A stretch of 64,000 nt of DNA from Nitrosopumilus sp. (GTDB taxonomy: Archaea > Thermoproteota > Nitrososphaeria > Nitrososphaerales > Nitrosopumilaceae): contig OZ252243.1 of NCBI GenBank assembly GCA_965249555.1, positions 1,440,001 through 1,504,000 on the forward strand, read 5' to 3'. Numbering within the stretch: position 1 is the first letter of the stretch; each line of letters opens with the position of its first letter. The notes under the pieces are model-generated. The model was not told the origin of the DNA, ran no database searches, and worked only from the letters and a program-made list of their open reading frames with translations. Positions 21,859-31,244 of the stretch are shown in pieces. Made by a program: the position numbers and the translations under genes.

Positions 21859-22340
21859 TTAGTTCCTGATGTACTGCATTAGCCAACTCTTTTCTATACA
21901 ATGTATAGCAGTAATGAACCGAAATACCCCCCATAATTGGTCATTCACATCATACCATGTTGAATGTAAATTAATTTTCCCGCCTTTTCTGTCCACATCA
22001 ATATTATAATGTGTATTTGTAAGAATCCATGCAAGATAAGACAATGATGGGAGATCATTGTTTTTACTTCTTAATTTTGTTAAATGCGTTTCAATCTGAT
22101 AAAGAGCGTTATGTAATGTCCTTAGACCATCAAAATCTATAGGACAAGGGTTATTACTGCATTCAAGTATTATCTCTGTGCTTTTTTGATATTGTGTAAT
22201 GTGTGCCTTTCTTGAATCCTCTATTTGAAAAATTTGCGGGAAGATTATCTAGATTAATAACATCTCTAATGCCTCTTTTATCTACATTGGAAGTCATATT
22301 GATTTTAAATCTAATATCATGCAAAGCTGGTGTTCAATCT
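21859..22340 (-). pseudogene. fragmented mobile-element gene
   Basis: Pieces in different frames (PALHDIRFK…; IILECSNNPCPIDFDGL…WILTNTHYNID…STWYD) read as one broken gene; family assignment uncertain. Confidence 0.4.
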
Positions 22341-22569
22341 TTGAACAAGATACAAATTTTACTAAAAGTATCTGGTTTTTCAAGTTCCTTGTATGTTTCC
22401 CGCATGAATCTAAAAATTTGGTTAATAGATATGTGTATAATTTCTTTGTAGGTTCTGCTTTGATGCTTGAATAAAATGCCTCTATCGTATCTAATCTCTG
22501 GTGTATTAGGTCTTGCTCCGTTAGGTTTATCTGCATTGTTCGTTTATACATATCTAGTTTAAACCACAT
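22294..22569 (-). pseudogene. N-terminal stub of a probable tyrosine integrase
   Basis: FYSSIKAEPTKKLYTYLLTKFL resembles integrase core-binding N-termini; sits just inside the right direct repeat, pointing inward; no catalytic domain. Confidence 0.5.
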
Positions 22570-22678
22570 GTCCTAACAAGGAATTCTTACTATGAGTTTT
22601 AGGGAAAAATATCTCTTCTGTGTTGACTTTTGTCATAATAGCGATAAAGATATAATGAAACAGATTTTTTGAATAAAT

Positions 22679-23068
22679 ATGTCAGCACCACAGATGCCTC
22701 CATGGCTTCAAGAACAAATAATGAAATTACAACAATCTCAACAGAATCTTCAATCAATAATGACTCAAAAACAACATCTTGAGATGGAAAAAGCAGAAAC
22801 AGCAAAAGCTCTTGAGGAATTAAAAAAAGTCACAGAAGGTGATATGGTATACAAACATGCTGGTACTGTCTTGATTAAATCAACTAAAAAAGAATTAGTT
22901 GATGAATTAGAAGAAAAACAAGAGATGGCAAAAACACGTGTGGTAGTTCTTGAAAAACAAGAAACTCGTGTCAAAGAATCACTCAAAGAACAAGAATCAA
23001 AAATTACTGAAATGATGAAAAGTGGTTCTGCAAATTCTCCTCCTGCAGAAGACAATCCTAGAAAATAA
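22679..23068 (+). CDS. pfdB: prefoldin beta subunit
   Basis: Coiled coils flanking the VYKHAGTVLIK hairpin. Confidence 0.95.
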   Translation: MSAPQMPPWLQEQIMKLQQSQQNLQSIMTQKQHLEMEKAETAKALEELKKVTEGDMVYKHAGTVLIKSTKKELVDELEEKQEMAKTRVVVLEKQETRVKESLKEQESKITEMMKSGSANSPPAEDNPRK

Positions 23069-23121
23069 TACCATGCACTGATTTCAAATAAGATATTAAC
23101 AAATCTGTACAAGTACCATCA

Positions 23122-23808
23122 ATGAAATTAGAAAATCTTCGAATTATTGTAGATGAAAGAGAACGAAAAAGTGGAATTCCTGAACTTCTCAAGTCAGTTG
23201 GTTTGAATGTTGAAATGAAGACACTTCCAATAGGTGATTATATTGTTGCACCCGAAACAGTTGTAGAACGAAAGAGTATTCGCGATTTAATCTCATCTGT
23301 TTTTGATGGACGACTTTTTGATCAGTGCTCTAGACTCAAAGAACATTTTGAGCATCCTATTGTTTTGGTAGAGGGAAACGTTGATGAAATTGAAGAAATC
23401 ACTGATAACCCTCTGATATTTTATGGCGCTATCTCTACTGTTGCACTTGATTTTAAAATTCCAATAATTCCTACCCCTAATGCAACTCATACAGCTAAAT
23501 TACTAGTATCAATGTGTTCAAGAAAAGATGCTCCAAAGGGCCCTTATCTGAAGAAAATCAAAAAATCTTCTAATTTACAAAAACAACAACTTTCGGTTCT
23601 TTGCAGTTTACCTGGAATTGGAGAAAAATTTGCAGTTAGAATGCTTGAAAAATTTGGAACACCATTCAAGGTCTTTACTGCTACAAGTACTGAGCTTGCA
23701 AAAGTTGAAGGGTTGGGTGAAGCACGAGCCAAGAAAATCAAAAAAATGCTAGAATCAAAAAGCAAATTTCTAAAAGAGTCTAATCAAAAAACTCTTCATG
23801 ATACATGA
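23122..23808 (+). CDS. xpf: XPF/ERCC4 nuclease with HhH domain
   Basis: IVDERE, GDY…VERKS..DL and SLPGIG motifs. Confidence 0.92.
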   Translation: MKLENLRIIVDERERKSGIPELLKSVGLNVEMKTLPIGDYIVAPETVVERKSIRDLISSVFDGRLFDQCSRLKEHFEHPIVLVEGNVDEIEEITDNPLIFYGAISTVALDFKIPIIPTPNATHTAKLLVSMCSRKDAPKGPYLKKIKKSSNLQKQQLSVLCSLPGIGEKFAVRMLEKFGTPFKVFTATSTELAKVEGLGEARAKKIKKMLESKSKFLKESNQKTLHDT

Positions 23809-24288
23809 TTATCCCTTGAGTAATTTTCTTTTTAATGGTGTTCCACATGCTGGACACTCTTTTCCATTAGTATGCTTAGTTCTGCATCCTGGACAGTAAT
23901 GAATCCATCTTCCTACATCTTTAATTCCCTTAGTCATAATTGGTGATATTTTCAAATCTAGATTCTTTATTACATTTGAAATTGCAAAATCATCACTAAT
24001 TATCTCACCATTCATTTCAATGCATAATGCAATGATGGAGATATCTTGTTTTGATAACTGTGGAAAATCTCCAGTATTCTTTGCTGCCTTTGTTGCAACT
24101 TTGGTTGATTCCCCATCTGGCTCTCTGATTTTTAGTCTATTAGTTTCAAGTAAAATTTCAAGAGCACCATGATTTTTTTTTATGTGTCTAATTTCATCAT
24201 AAACAAGAGATGTAGTGTAGTAATCACTAGATGATCTAAACGGGACTCCTGCATAAAATGCACTGGCATCTAAAATTCTAAAATCCAA
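23809..24288 (-). CDS. nob1: Nob1-family PIN endonuclease
   Basis: LDASAF, LSKQD, SDDFAI and CPGC…CPACG motifs. Confidence 0.9.
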   Translation of the reverse strand: MDFRILDASAFYAGVPFRSSSDYYTTSLVYDEIRHIKKNHGALEILLETNRLKIREPDGESTKVATKAAKNTGDFPQLSKQDISIIALCIEMNGEIISDDFAISNVIKNLDLKISPIMTKGIKDVGRWIHYCPGCRTKHTNGKECPACGTPLKRKLLKG

Positions 24289-25093
24289 GTTTGCTCATTT
24301 GCCTGAGTCCTCGTTTTTTTAATCTTACAAAGACTGCTGGTTTTTTGTATTTTTTAATAATTATTGGCTCTCCATACCCTGCAGATTTGACCACTTGAGC
24401 ATCCATTACGATATTACAGTCATGAGAACACATGATCTCGATTTTCTCATCGGGAACTACAATTGATTCTAATCTGTATACTGGTGCTACTGGAGTAATT
24501 ATCAAAACATCCAAGCTTTCATGCAAAATTGGACCTCCCAATGAAAATGAATGACCTGTAGATCCACTAGGAGTTGCAACAATTACTCCATCCATTTTTT
24601 GTTTTACAGTATCATTTTGAAATTTTATATCAATTTCTGCAGTTTTAGTCAAGTTTGTTCTACTAATGTAGATCTCATTTAATGCTGGTGGAAATTCTTT
24701 TCCTCCACATGATGCAACTACTCTTACTCTTTTGTCTAAGAAAAACTTGCCTTTCAAAATTTGATCAATTGCATCATTAAACTCTTCAATTGTTATTTCT
24801 GATAAAATCCCCCTATTTCCCCCTACGTTGATTGTTAGAATTGGTGTTTCATTCTTCAAGTTTCTAAAAACTCGAAGAGTTGTTCCATCTCCGCCAAGAG
24901 TAATAACCATGTCTAATTTTACCTTTTTTAATTCCTCCAGTGTTTCAACTTTTTTTGCTCCTTCCACTTCAATTGGTGAAATTGTATAGACGATAGTTTT
25001 TTTTGCTAACAGTTTTTTTACAACGTCTTTTCCAGCCTGTTCTGAGTCTTTTGAACCCACTTTACTTACTACTGCAACTTTATGAAGTTTCAA
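24278..25093 (-). CDS. nadK: NAD(+) kinase
   Basis: GGDGT, ALNE and DGVIVATPSGSTGHSFSLGGP motifs. Confidence 0.95.
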   Translation of the reverse strand: MKLHKVAVVSKVGSKDSEQAGKDVVKKLLAKKTIVYTISPIEVEGAKKVETLEELKKVKLDMVITLGGDGTTLRVFRNLKNETPILTINVGGNRGILSEITIEEFNDAIDQILKGKFFLDKRVRVVASCGGKEFPPALNEIYISRTNLTKTAEIDIKFQNDTVKQKMDGVIVATPSGSTGHSFSLGGPILHESLDVLIITPVAPVYRLESIVVPDEKIEIMCSHDCNIVMDAQVVKSAGYGEPIIIKKYKKPAVFVRLKKRGLRQMSKLGF

Positions 25094-25181
25094 GCAGTTC
25101 TTCTGAACTTCTTTTACATAAAAATGATATTTTTATTGCGTTTGAAAAACAATTAAGTATGGATACAAACTCGCGTAAGTT

Positions 25182-26027
25182 ATGAGTTACGCACACCCTG
25201 AAGTTTTAGTAGACACTGAATGGGTATCAAACAATCCTCCTAGTGAAAATAGAAAATTAGTAGAAGTTGATTATGATCCAGTAAATGGATATCAAAAAGG
25301 TCACATTAATGGTGCCAGTCTTATTTGGTGGAAACGTGACATTAATGATCCTATTACAAGAGATATCATTAGCAAAAAACAATTTGAAGCATTAATGTCA
25401 AAAAATGGAATTACTTCAGATACTGAGGTAATTCTTTATGGTGACTTTAACAATTGGTTTGCAGCATTTGTTTTCTGGGTTTTCAAATACTATGGACATG
25501 AAAATCTCAAAATTATGAATGGTGGTAGAAAAAAATGGGAATTAGAAAACAAAGATTACACTACTGATGAACCACAAATGCCATCAACAACATACAATGC
25601 ACAACCTCCGGATGAGGGATTACGTGCTTATCTATTTGATGTTAGCAGAGCATTGGGAAGAGAAGATAGTGTAATGGTTGATGTCAGATCACCTGCTGAA
25701 TTTACTGGTGAAATTACTGCTCCTCCTGAATATCCAATGGAGCATGCACAAAGAGGTGGACATATTCCTGGTGCAAACAATATTCCGTGGGCAACTGCAG
25801 TTAATGATGCTGATGGAACATTCAAAGCAGCTGATGAACTAAAACAAAATTATGAACCAAAAGGTGTTACTCCAGACAAAGATGTAATATGCTATTGTAG
25901 AATTGGAGAAAGATCATCACATAGTTGGTTTGTTCTAAAATATCTATTGGGTTATTCCAAAGTTCGAAACTATGATGGTTCTTGGACTGAATGGGGTAAC
26001 ATGATAGGAAATCCTGTGGAAAAATAA
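25182..26027 (+). CDS. sulfurtransferase (tandem rhodanese)
   Basis: GHIPGA, YCRIGERSS and YDGSWTEW motifs. Confidence 0.95.
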   Translation: MSYAHPEVLVDTEWVSNNPPSENRKLVEVDYDPVNGYQKGHINGASLIWWKRDINDPITRDIISKKQFEALMSKNGITSDTEVILYGDFNNWFAAFVFWVFKYYGHENLKIMNGGRKKWELENKDYTTDEPQMPSTTYNAQPPDEGLRAYLFDVSRALGREDSVMVDVRSPAEFTGEITAPPEYPMEHAQRGGHIPGANNIPWATAVNDADGTFKAADELKQNYEPKGVTPDKDVICYCRIGERSSHSWFVLKYLLGYSKVRNYDGSWTEWGNMIGNPVEK

Positions 26028-26028
26028 A

Positions 26029-26337
26029 TTGCTTCTAGACCTTCCTGTTCTAAAGAAAGGTTCTTTCTATTTTATCAAAGATGGCGATACTGATCTTATC
26101 TTGGAAGACAACACCAAGAGAGGCCTTACTGTAAAAGAAACATCTGTTGATGAAAAACTAAACGTCAAATCTGATAAGGGAATGATTCATGATATGGATG
26201 GAATTGGACATTGGGTTCCTATTAGATGGTATTTTTCAAAGGACTCTTTTGATTTATCACAGGTAATGGTGCATGCTGAAGCAATGGAGAAAAAATACAC
26301 TGAACTACGAGAGCTCACGTGTCCAGATGATGACTGA
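26029..26337 (+). CDS. hypothetical protein
   Basis: 102-aa ORF tightly coupled to the rhodanese gene. Confidence 0.7.
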   Translation: MLLDLPVLKKGSFYFIKDGDTDLILEDNTKRGLTVKETSVDEKLNVKSDKGMIHDMDGIGHWVPIRWYFSKDSFDLSQVMVHAEAMEKKYTELRELTCPDDD

Positions 26338-26374
26338 CAAACATTTTTAACTTAATTTACACTAAAAAAGTCAG

Positions 26375-27322
26375 ATGTCTTTACTCCTAAAAGATCGAGT
26401 TTGGTCAATGGAGGCCCCAACTGCAAAACGTGGTGTCTATCCATTACACGGATACAAAATTGGACTTTATAGGCTGCCAATAAAACTTGAAGATCTCGAC
26501 GAAATAAAATCAATTCATGATGGACTCAAAAAGACATTTGAAATGGATATGTATGCTGACAGAATTTATGCAACATATCGCTGGCAAGAACAAAACATGA
26601 AAGATCCTGATGCAAAAGGATACAGAAAAGTAGAATTATCTATTACAGTTGAAATTGTTACTGGGGAAGTGGTTGATATTATTTATCAAATTTTCCCAAT
26701 TGAAAAATTCGGTGATCCTAACTGGGTTCAGGATTATAGAAAGAAAGCAGACCATTTTGCAAAAATGGTAATTGATACTATTTTACGTAACACTATCTTG
26801 GCTGACAAGATGGTTTCCTACTATGTGAAAAAAGAAAAGATCTCTGAGGTTACTGCGATTCAAAAACTTGAAGAACTTACTCCATTGGCAAAAATTGTCC
26901 TTGGTGCAAAAGCTAAAGCCATTGAAGCGACAGAAGAAGAAGGTGAAGAAGATGAAGGCGAAATTGAAATTCCAGATGGTGCAAAACCTGGTCCAATTGA
27001 TGTTGAATACAAATCAAAAATGAAACAATCTGCAGTATATGATGCTGCTGGATACTCTATCAAAACTTGGGGGCGAAAAGGTAAGAACAATGGAATCATG
27101 GGGGTTTGGGGAGAATTTGTTTCAGTAGATTATGATATCTGTATTGCAGATGGTGGATGTATAGAAGCATGCCCTGTAGATGTTTATGAGTGGTTTGATA
27201 CTCCTGGAAATCCCGCATCAGACCAGAAACCGTTAATGTCAAAAGAACCTGATTGTATATTTTGTCTTGCATGTGAAGGCGTCTGTCCACCGCAAGCAAT
27301 CAAGATCTTTGAGGTAAAGTAA
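26375..27322 (+). CDS. protein with C-terminal dicluster ferredoxin domain
   Basis: CIADGGCIEACP and CIFCLACEGVCP motifs. Confidence 0.88.
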   Translation: MSLLLKDRVWSMEAPTAKRGVYPLHGYKIGLYRLPIKLEDLDEIKSIHDGLKKTFEMDMYADRIYATYRWQEQNMKDPDAKGYRKVELSITVEIVTGEVVDIIYQIFPIEKFGDPNWVQDYRKKADHFAKMVIDTILRNTILADKMVSYYVKKEKISEVTAIQKLEELTPLAKIVLGAKAKAIEATEEEGEEDEGEIEIPDGAKPGPIDVEYKSKMKQSAVYDAAGYSIKTWGRKGKNNGIMGVWGEFVSVDYDICIADGGCIEACPVDVYEWFDTPGNPASDQKPLMSKEPDCIFCLACEGVCPPQAIKIFEVK

Positions 27323-27376
27323 TTACAATTTATTGCAAGTATAAATAGCGAATAGTAATTCTGAGAAATTAGGGAT

Positions 27377-29449
27377 ATGGCAATCAATCCTTTCACTCAG
27401 TTTGTTTTTGATCTGTTTATCATCGCAGCTGTTATAATTACTATGTATACCTGCAATTTTTACTATCTTGCTTTTCTTTCTCGAAAAAGAAAAGATGTTT
27501 TGTCCACTGTTGATATAGGAACTCCGTCAGTTACAATTCAGCTTCCAATATACAACGAAAAATATGTTGCAAAGAGACTGGTTGATGCAGTTTGTAGCAT
27601 GGATTATCCTAATGAGAAAATGAAGATTATGGTGTTAGATGATTCTGATGATGATACTGTTGCATTGCTTGAAACTGTAGTTAATGATTACAAGAAACAA
27701 GGATTTCAAATTGAGCACATAAGACGTGGAACAAGAAAAGGGTACAAAGCAGGCGCATTGAAATACGCTATGCAGATAACAGATTCTGAACTAGTTGCAA
27801 TCTTTGATGCTGACTTTATTCCCCCTACGTGGTTTCTCAAACGTGCAATCCCCTACTTTTCAAAACCAAACATTGGTCTTATTCAATGTCGTTGGGGACA
27901 TGTAAATGAAAACTATTCTGTAATTACCCAAGCACAAGCACTCAGTCTTGACTTTCATTTTCTCATAGAACAAAAAGCCAAAAGTAATTCTCACCTATTC
28001 ATGAATTTCAATGGCACTGCTGGAATTTGGAAACGTGACTGTATTGAAGATGCTGGAGGTTGGCATACTGCTACACTAGTTGAAGATCTTGATCTAAGTT
28101 ATAGAGCACAAATGAAAGGATGGAAATGTGTGTTTTTACCTGACATTGTAGTTGATGCAGAACTTCCCGCTCAGATGAATGCAGCTAAACGGCAACAATT
28201 CAGATGGGCAAAAGGCTCTATTCAATGTGCAATCAAACTACTTTTTGATATTGCTGTTAAACGTAAAGTTGCAGTTGAAGCAAAGATTCAGGCATTCATA
28301 CAACTTACTCGTCACATTGTTTATCCATTAATGCTGATACAATTTTTGGCACTACCCGTCTTGTTAGCGGGACAAGTTAACCTTTATGTGATTAGTTTTC
28401 TTCCTCTCATTACATTTGCAACATATCTTGCAATGGGGCCTGGTGCATACATTATGATTATACAGAGTATGTATCACAAGACATGGAAATCAAAAGCAAA
28501 GATATTGCCATACTTGTTAGTCTACAATGCTGGATTGTCAGTAAACAATACTGTTGCAGTCTTTGATGCAGTACTTGGAAAGAAAAATGAATTTCTTAGA
28601 ACTCCAAAGTATGGAATCATAACAAAAGATGATGATTGGAAAGACAAAGCATACAATTTACCTTTTTCACAAACTACTCTCTTGGAGATCTTTTTTGGTG
28701 TATATGGTATAATGGGAATCTTTATCTCAATATTTTCAAACAATCCTGTGTTTGTACCAATTATTGGATTGCAAACTGTCGGATTTTTCTATATTGCCTA
28801 CATGAGTCTGTCTCATACGCGATTTAAAAGAAATAAATCAAGTGATAATCGTGTGATGACCAAGAACGAGAAAATGGCGAAAATTATTTACAAACTTTCC
28901 ATAGCTGGAATAATTGGAATTATTGTTTTTGGAGGATTTATGGCAATCAATGGATACAACACCGACATTTATCCTCTTGATAGAATGAGAGGCCATTTTG
29001 ATGGAATTATAGGCTCATCTGATCCTGTTGCAATCCGTGCTCATTTAGTAGCAATTCAAACAGATTTGAATATTGTTATGGAAAATCCAAATCTACTTGA
29101 GGCAACAAATGCAAATGGTGATGTCATCTCCAAAAATCCTGTTTGGATGTTTCCTACAGATTCTACAAATTTTCTAAGAATACAAAATGATGTAAACACA
29201 ATGCTTACAGGTATTGATAAAATCTCAACTGTTCCAAAGGACAGTTCTGCATATCATACGGGAATGATAGATATTAGTGATAGGGCATTACATTTGAGGA
29301 TTAACATTATGGATGCAACTCCATACATGTATGTTAGTGCTCCAAATGTACTGTACAGTGTAATTTGGATTGTTGCAATCTTGGCAATTTTTGCTACATT
29401 GAAACGTAAACAAGAACAACTCAAAGAAGTTGACGCTGCAGGAATTTAA
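27377..29449 (+). CDS. GT2 glycosyltransferase, cellulose-synthase-like
   Basis: DDS, KAG, DAD, VED and QQFRW motifs; multiple TM segments. Confidence 0.92.
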   Translation: MAINPFTQFVFDLFIIAAVIITMYTCNFYYLAFLSRKRKDVLSTVDIGTPSVTIQLPIYNEKYVAKRLVDAVCSMDYPNEKMKIMVLDDSDDDTVALLETVVNDYKKQGFQIEHIRRGTRKGYKAGALKYAMQITDSELVAIFDADFIPPTWFLKRAIPYFSKPNIGLIQCRWGHVNENYSVITQAQALSLDFHFLIEQKAKSNSHLFMNFNGTAGIWKRDCIEDAGGWHTATLVEDLDLSYRAQMKGWKCVFLPDIVVDAELPAQMNAAKRQQFRWAKGSIQCAIKLLFDIAVKRKVAVEAKIQAFIQLTRHIVYPLMLIQFLALPVLLAGQVNLYVISFLPLITFATYLAMGPGAYIMIIQSMYHKTWKSKAKILPYLLVYNAGLSVNNTVAVFDAVLGKKNEFLRTPKYGIITKDDDWKDKAYNLPFSQTTLLEIFFGVYGIMGIFISIFSNNPVFVPIIGLQTVGFFYIAYMSLSHTRFKRNKSSDNRVMTKNEKMAKIIYKLSIAGIIGIIVFGGFMAINGYNTDIYPLDRMRGHFDGIIGSSDPVAIRAHLVAIQTDLNIVMENPNLLEATNANGDVISKNPVWMFPTDSTNFLRIQNDVNTMLTGIDKISTVPKDSSAYHTGMIDISDRALHLRINIMDATPYMYVSAPNVLYSVIWIVAILAIFATLKRKQEQLKEVDAAGI

Positions 29450-30828
29450 GAAATATTCAAATCATCTCTGATTTCATCTACTGCTCTAATTCCATAAATG
29501 TCTCTTACTTGCTGAATTCTTACTACTTCCTTAAACAAGTCTCTTCCAATTGCATTTGTCAGCATTGAATAGACATCACTGAATCGAATTTCCCACCTGT
29601 CTGCACAATCAAAAATTTTACTTACTGCCCACTGTCTAACTTCATAGGGAAGTGGAATTTTTTCACCTGATTCTATTGAAATTCTGTCAAACAGATTAAC
29701 AATATCTGCAGTTTGTGATGCCATCTTTTCAAGATCTTTTACATCTCCATACTTTGATTCTGCGTTCATTCTGATGCCTGATTGATATTCTGAAAGCTTT
29801 AACAACGCCATCATCTCTTTTGATGAATCACTTGATACTTTGTTTGTAACATTTTTGACTGATTGCATCTCTTCAAATAATTTTTCAGATTTTTTATGAA
29901 ATTCTGCAGTAGATGCATCTTGCCTTTTTACAATGTCTGAGACAGAAGCTACTTTTTCTTCAATTTTATTTATTTTATCTCCAAGTTCTTTGATGGATTC
30001 TAGGCTCAAACCCTCTACGGAATTTGTCTTTAATGCTATGGTGTCGAATTGCTGTTTAAGGCCATCAATTACTCCGCCTAATGAGTCAATTTTTGATGCT
30101 TTGGATGATATGGCATCAATTGTGATCTTGATTGCTTCTAGTTCTGCATTAAGATTGGATGTAAATGATGCACCTTCAATGATTTTTCCAAGTTCTTGTT
30201 TTAGGCTTTCAATAATTTGATTGCCTGTTTCTAATTTTCCAGTTTTTCCTGAAATCATCTCTACACTATTTTTTAGTTTACTCATTTCAGAACCAATTTC
30301 TAAAAATGAGTCTGCTTTTCCAGAAACTTTTCTGAGATCATCTCTTACCTCATCAATTCTCTGAGCAATTTTGATAATCATTTCAGAATTGTTTCTAATT
30401 GAATTTACACTATCTTCTACTTTTTGAGACAATCCTTGAGATTTTGATGCATTTGAAATTTTGTTTACCTCTTCTTGTAATTTGGTGGTTTGGTCATTGA
30501 TCTTGTTGACTAGATTAAATTGTGTTCTTACTTGATTTAATCCAGAGTATAGTTTCTGCGTGTCATCTTCTATGATGTTGATTTGTTTTGATTGTTTTTG
30601 AATATGTTCTAATGTTGATGTTAATGTGTCTATCATTCCTTTCATTGATACCAGGATCTTTTGGTTTTCACCAAAAATTTTTGACATTCCCTTGATCTCT
30701 TTTTGTAAGGACTTGTTAGAATCTGAAACTGATGCTACCTTTTTTAATAGTATGGCTGGGCTTGGCTCTCTTTTTGTAACTTTTTTTGTTCGTTTTACTA
30801 TTTTTTTCTTTGTAGTTTTGGTAGCCAT
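29446..30828 (-). CDS. long coiled-coil protein
   Basis: 460 aa, heptad-rich, Lys-rich N-terminus. Confidence 0.8.
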   Translation of the reverse strand: MATKTTKKKIVKRTKKVTKREPSPAILLKKVASVSDSNKSLQKEIKGMSKIFGENQKILVSMKGMIDTLTSTLEHIQKQSKQINIIEDDTQKLYSGLNQVRTQFNLVNKINDQTTKLQEEVNKISNASKSQGLSQKVEDSVNSIRNNSEMIIKIAQRIDEVRDDLRKVSGKADSFLEIGSEMSKLKNSVEMISGKTGKLETGNQIIESLKQELGKIIEGASFTSNLNAELEAIKITIDAISSKASKIDSLGGVIDGLKQQFDTIALKTNSVEGLSLESIKELGDKINKIEEKVASVSDIVKRQDASTAEFHKKSEKLFEEMQSVKNVTNKVSSDSSKEMMALLKLSEYQSGIRMNAESKYGDVKDLEKMASQTADIVNLFDRISIESGEKIPLPYEVRQWAVSKIFDCADRWEIRFSDVYSMLTNAIGRDLFKEVVRIQQVRDIYGIRAVDEIRDDLNIS

Positions 30829-30889
30829 ATGAATTGAATTAAAAATTTAATGATAAAAAAGTTAGGTCTAAAATAAAAAATGTAAAGAG

Positions 30890-30997
30890 TTACTTGTTTA
30901 CAACTCTTGGCTCATGAAGTAATTCATGAAATGTCTTTTCAGTCAAACCATTCATGGTTTCAATAAACCCTCTTGTACAATATTCGCACTGAATCAT
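30890..30997 (-). CDS. putative 35-aa C2H2-type zinc-finger microprotein
   Basis: Read manually as MIQCEYCTRGFIETMNGLTEKTFHELLHEPRVVNK* (CxxC…HxxxH). Confidence 0.6.
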   Translation of the reverse strand: MIQCEYCTRGFIETMNGLTEKTFHELLHEPRVVNK

Positions 30998-31022
30998 ATA
31001 GTACGGTATGGTACCGTACTAT
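30998..31022. promoter_or_regulatory. perfect 11-3-11 palindrome (putative operator)
   Basis: ATAGTACGGTA-TGG-TACCGTACTAT lies between the microprotein ATG and a TATTAATA box. Confidence 0.65.
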
Positions 31023-31244
31023 TAATACTCAGGTAATTACAACGTAACCAATGACGCAGTCAGATACCCCAGGTCATATCTCTACATTTGATTCAGCTGA
31101 CCTAATCATCACTCTGCATTTTGATTATAATCACTGAGCATAAAGAGGTTAAAGATTATGAATACATTGAGCCTGTTTTCAATTATTTGATATCTGTTTA
31201 ATTTTATTTTCAAATTTTTAATGAGCGATCATTTTTAAACAAAT

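Larger units (their letters stand above)
14992..22654. mobile_element. decayed integrative element (island 1) between pcc1 and pfdB
   Basis: TAAAGATATA direct repeat at 14992-15001 and 22645-22654; interrupts the exosome superoperon; very AT-rich cargo; integrase-like stub at the right end. Confidence 0.7.

Noticed and set aside
29446-30828. Methyl-accepting chemotaxis protein or SMC
   Set aside because: Generic coiled coil only; no MCP hairpin signature or Walker motifs.
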